Shown here in pieces: positions 63,985-64,000 of a stretch of 64,000 nt of DNA. A program made the translations under genes and the position numbers. The DNA lies in NCBI GenBank assembly GCA_028718605.1, contig JAQULM010000003.1, positions 80,971 to 144,970 of the forward strand. Direction: 5' to 3'. Numbering within the stretch: the first letter of the stretch is position 1; each line of letters begins with the position of its first letter. This DNA is from Patescibacteria group bacterium (GTDB lineage: Bacteria; Patescibacteriota; Patescibacteriia; UBA10025; JAHIVO01). Below the pieces are notes generated by a model. That model did not search any database. It saw only the letters and a program-made list of their open reading frames with translations, and had not been told where the DNA came from.

Positions 63985-64000
63985 AAAACTTTAAAACTAT

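Overview
Chromosomal segment of a bacterium, most likely Patescibacteria/CPR (inferred from gene content and order, near-absence of Shine-Dalgarno (SD) sites on core genes, and typical CPR accessory genes), using the standard code. The housekeeping backbone is dnaE (5'-truncated), thrS with a T-box leader, miaB, miaA, hpf/raiA, gatB, a dCMP deaminase-dut-thyA-folA-tmk cluster, secE-nusG-rplK-(DUF5671)-rplA, gyrB, pheS/pheT, a UvrD-nuclease fusion, a full F-type ATP synthase operon, rmuC, two tatD, cvpA, metG and rsmI. Interleaved with it are about 16 self-contained monocistronic units. Each has a near-consensus sigma70 promoter, a purine-rich (mostly GGAGG-type) SD and usually an intrinsic terminator. 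They encode regulator-like or Zn-finger orphans: an FCB-type sigma factor, receiver domains, anti-sigma-like fingers, an extended bS21, an ACP-like protein and a CsoSCA-like carbonic anhydrase. Three more promoter-terminator units seem to produce structured non-coding RNAs (about 450, 165 and 225 nt). A variable island at about 54.9-61.7 kb holds a REP-associated tyrosine transposase and direct repeats bracketing two of the solo units. All family assignments are from motif recognition by eye; no database searches or folding programs were run.
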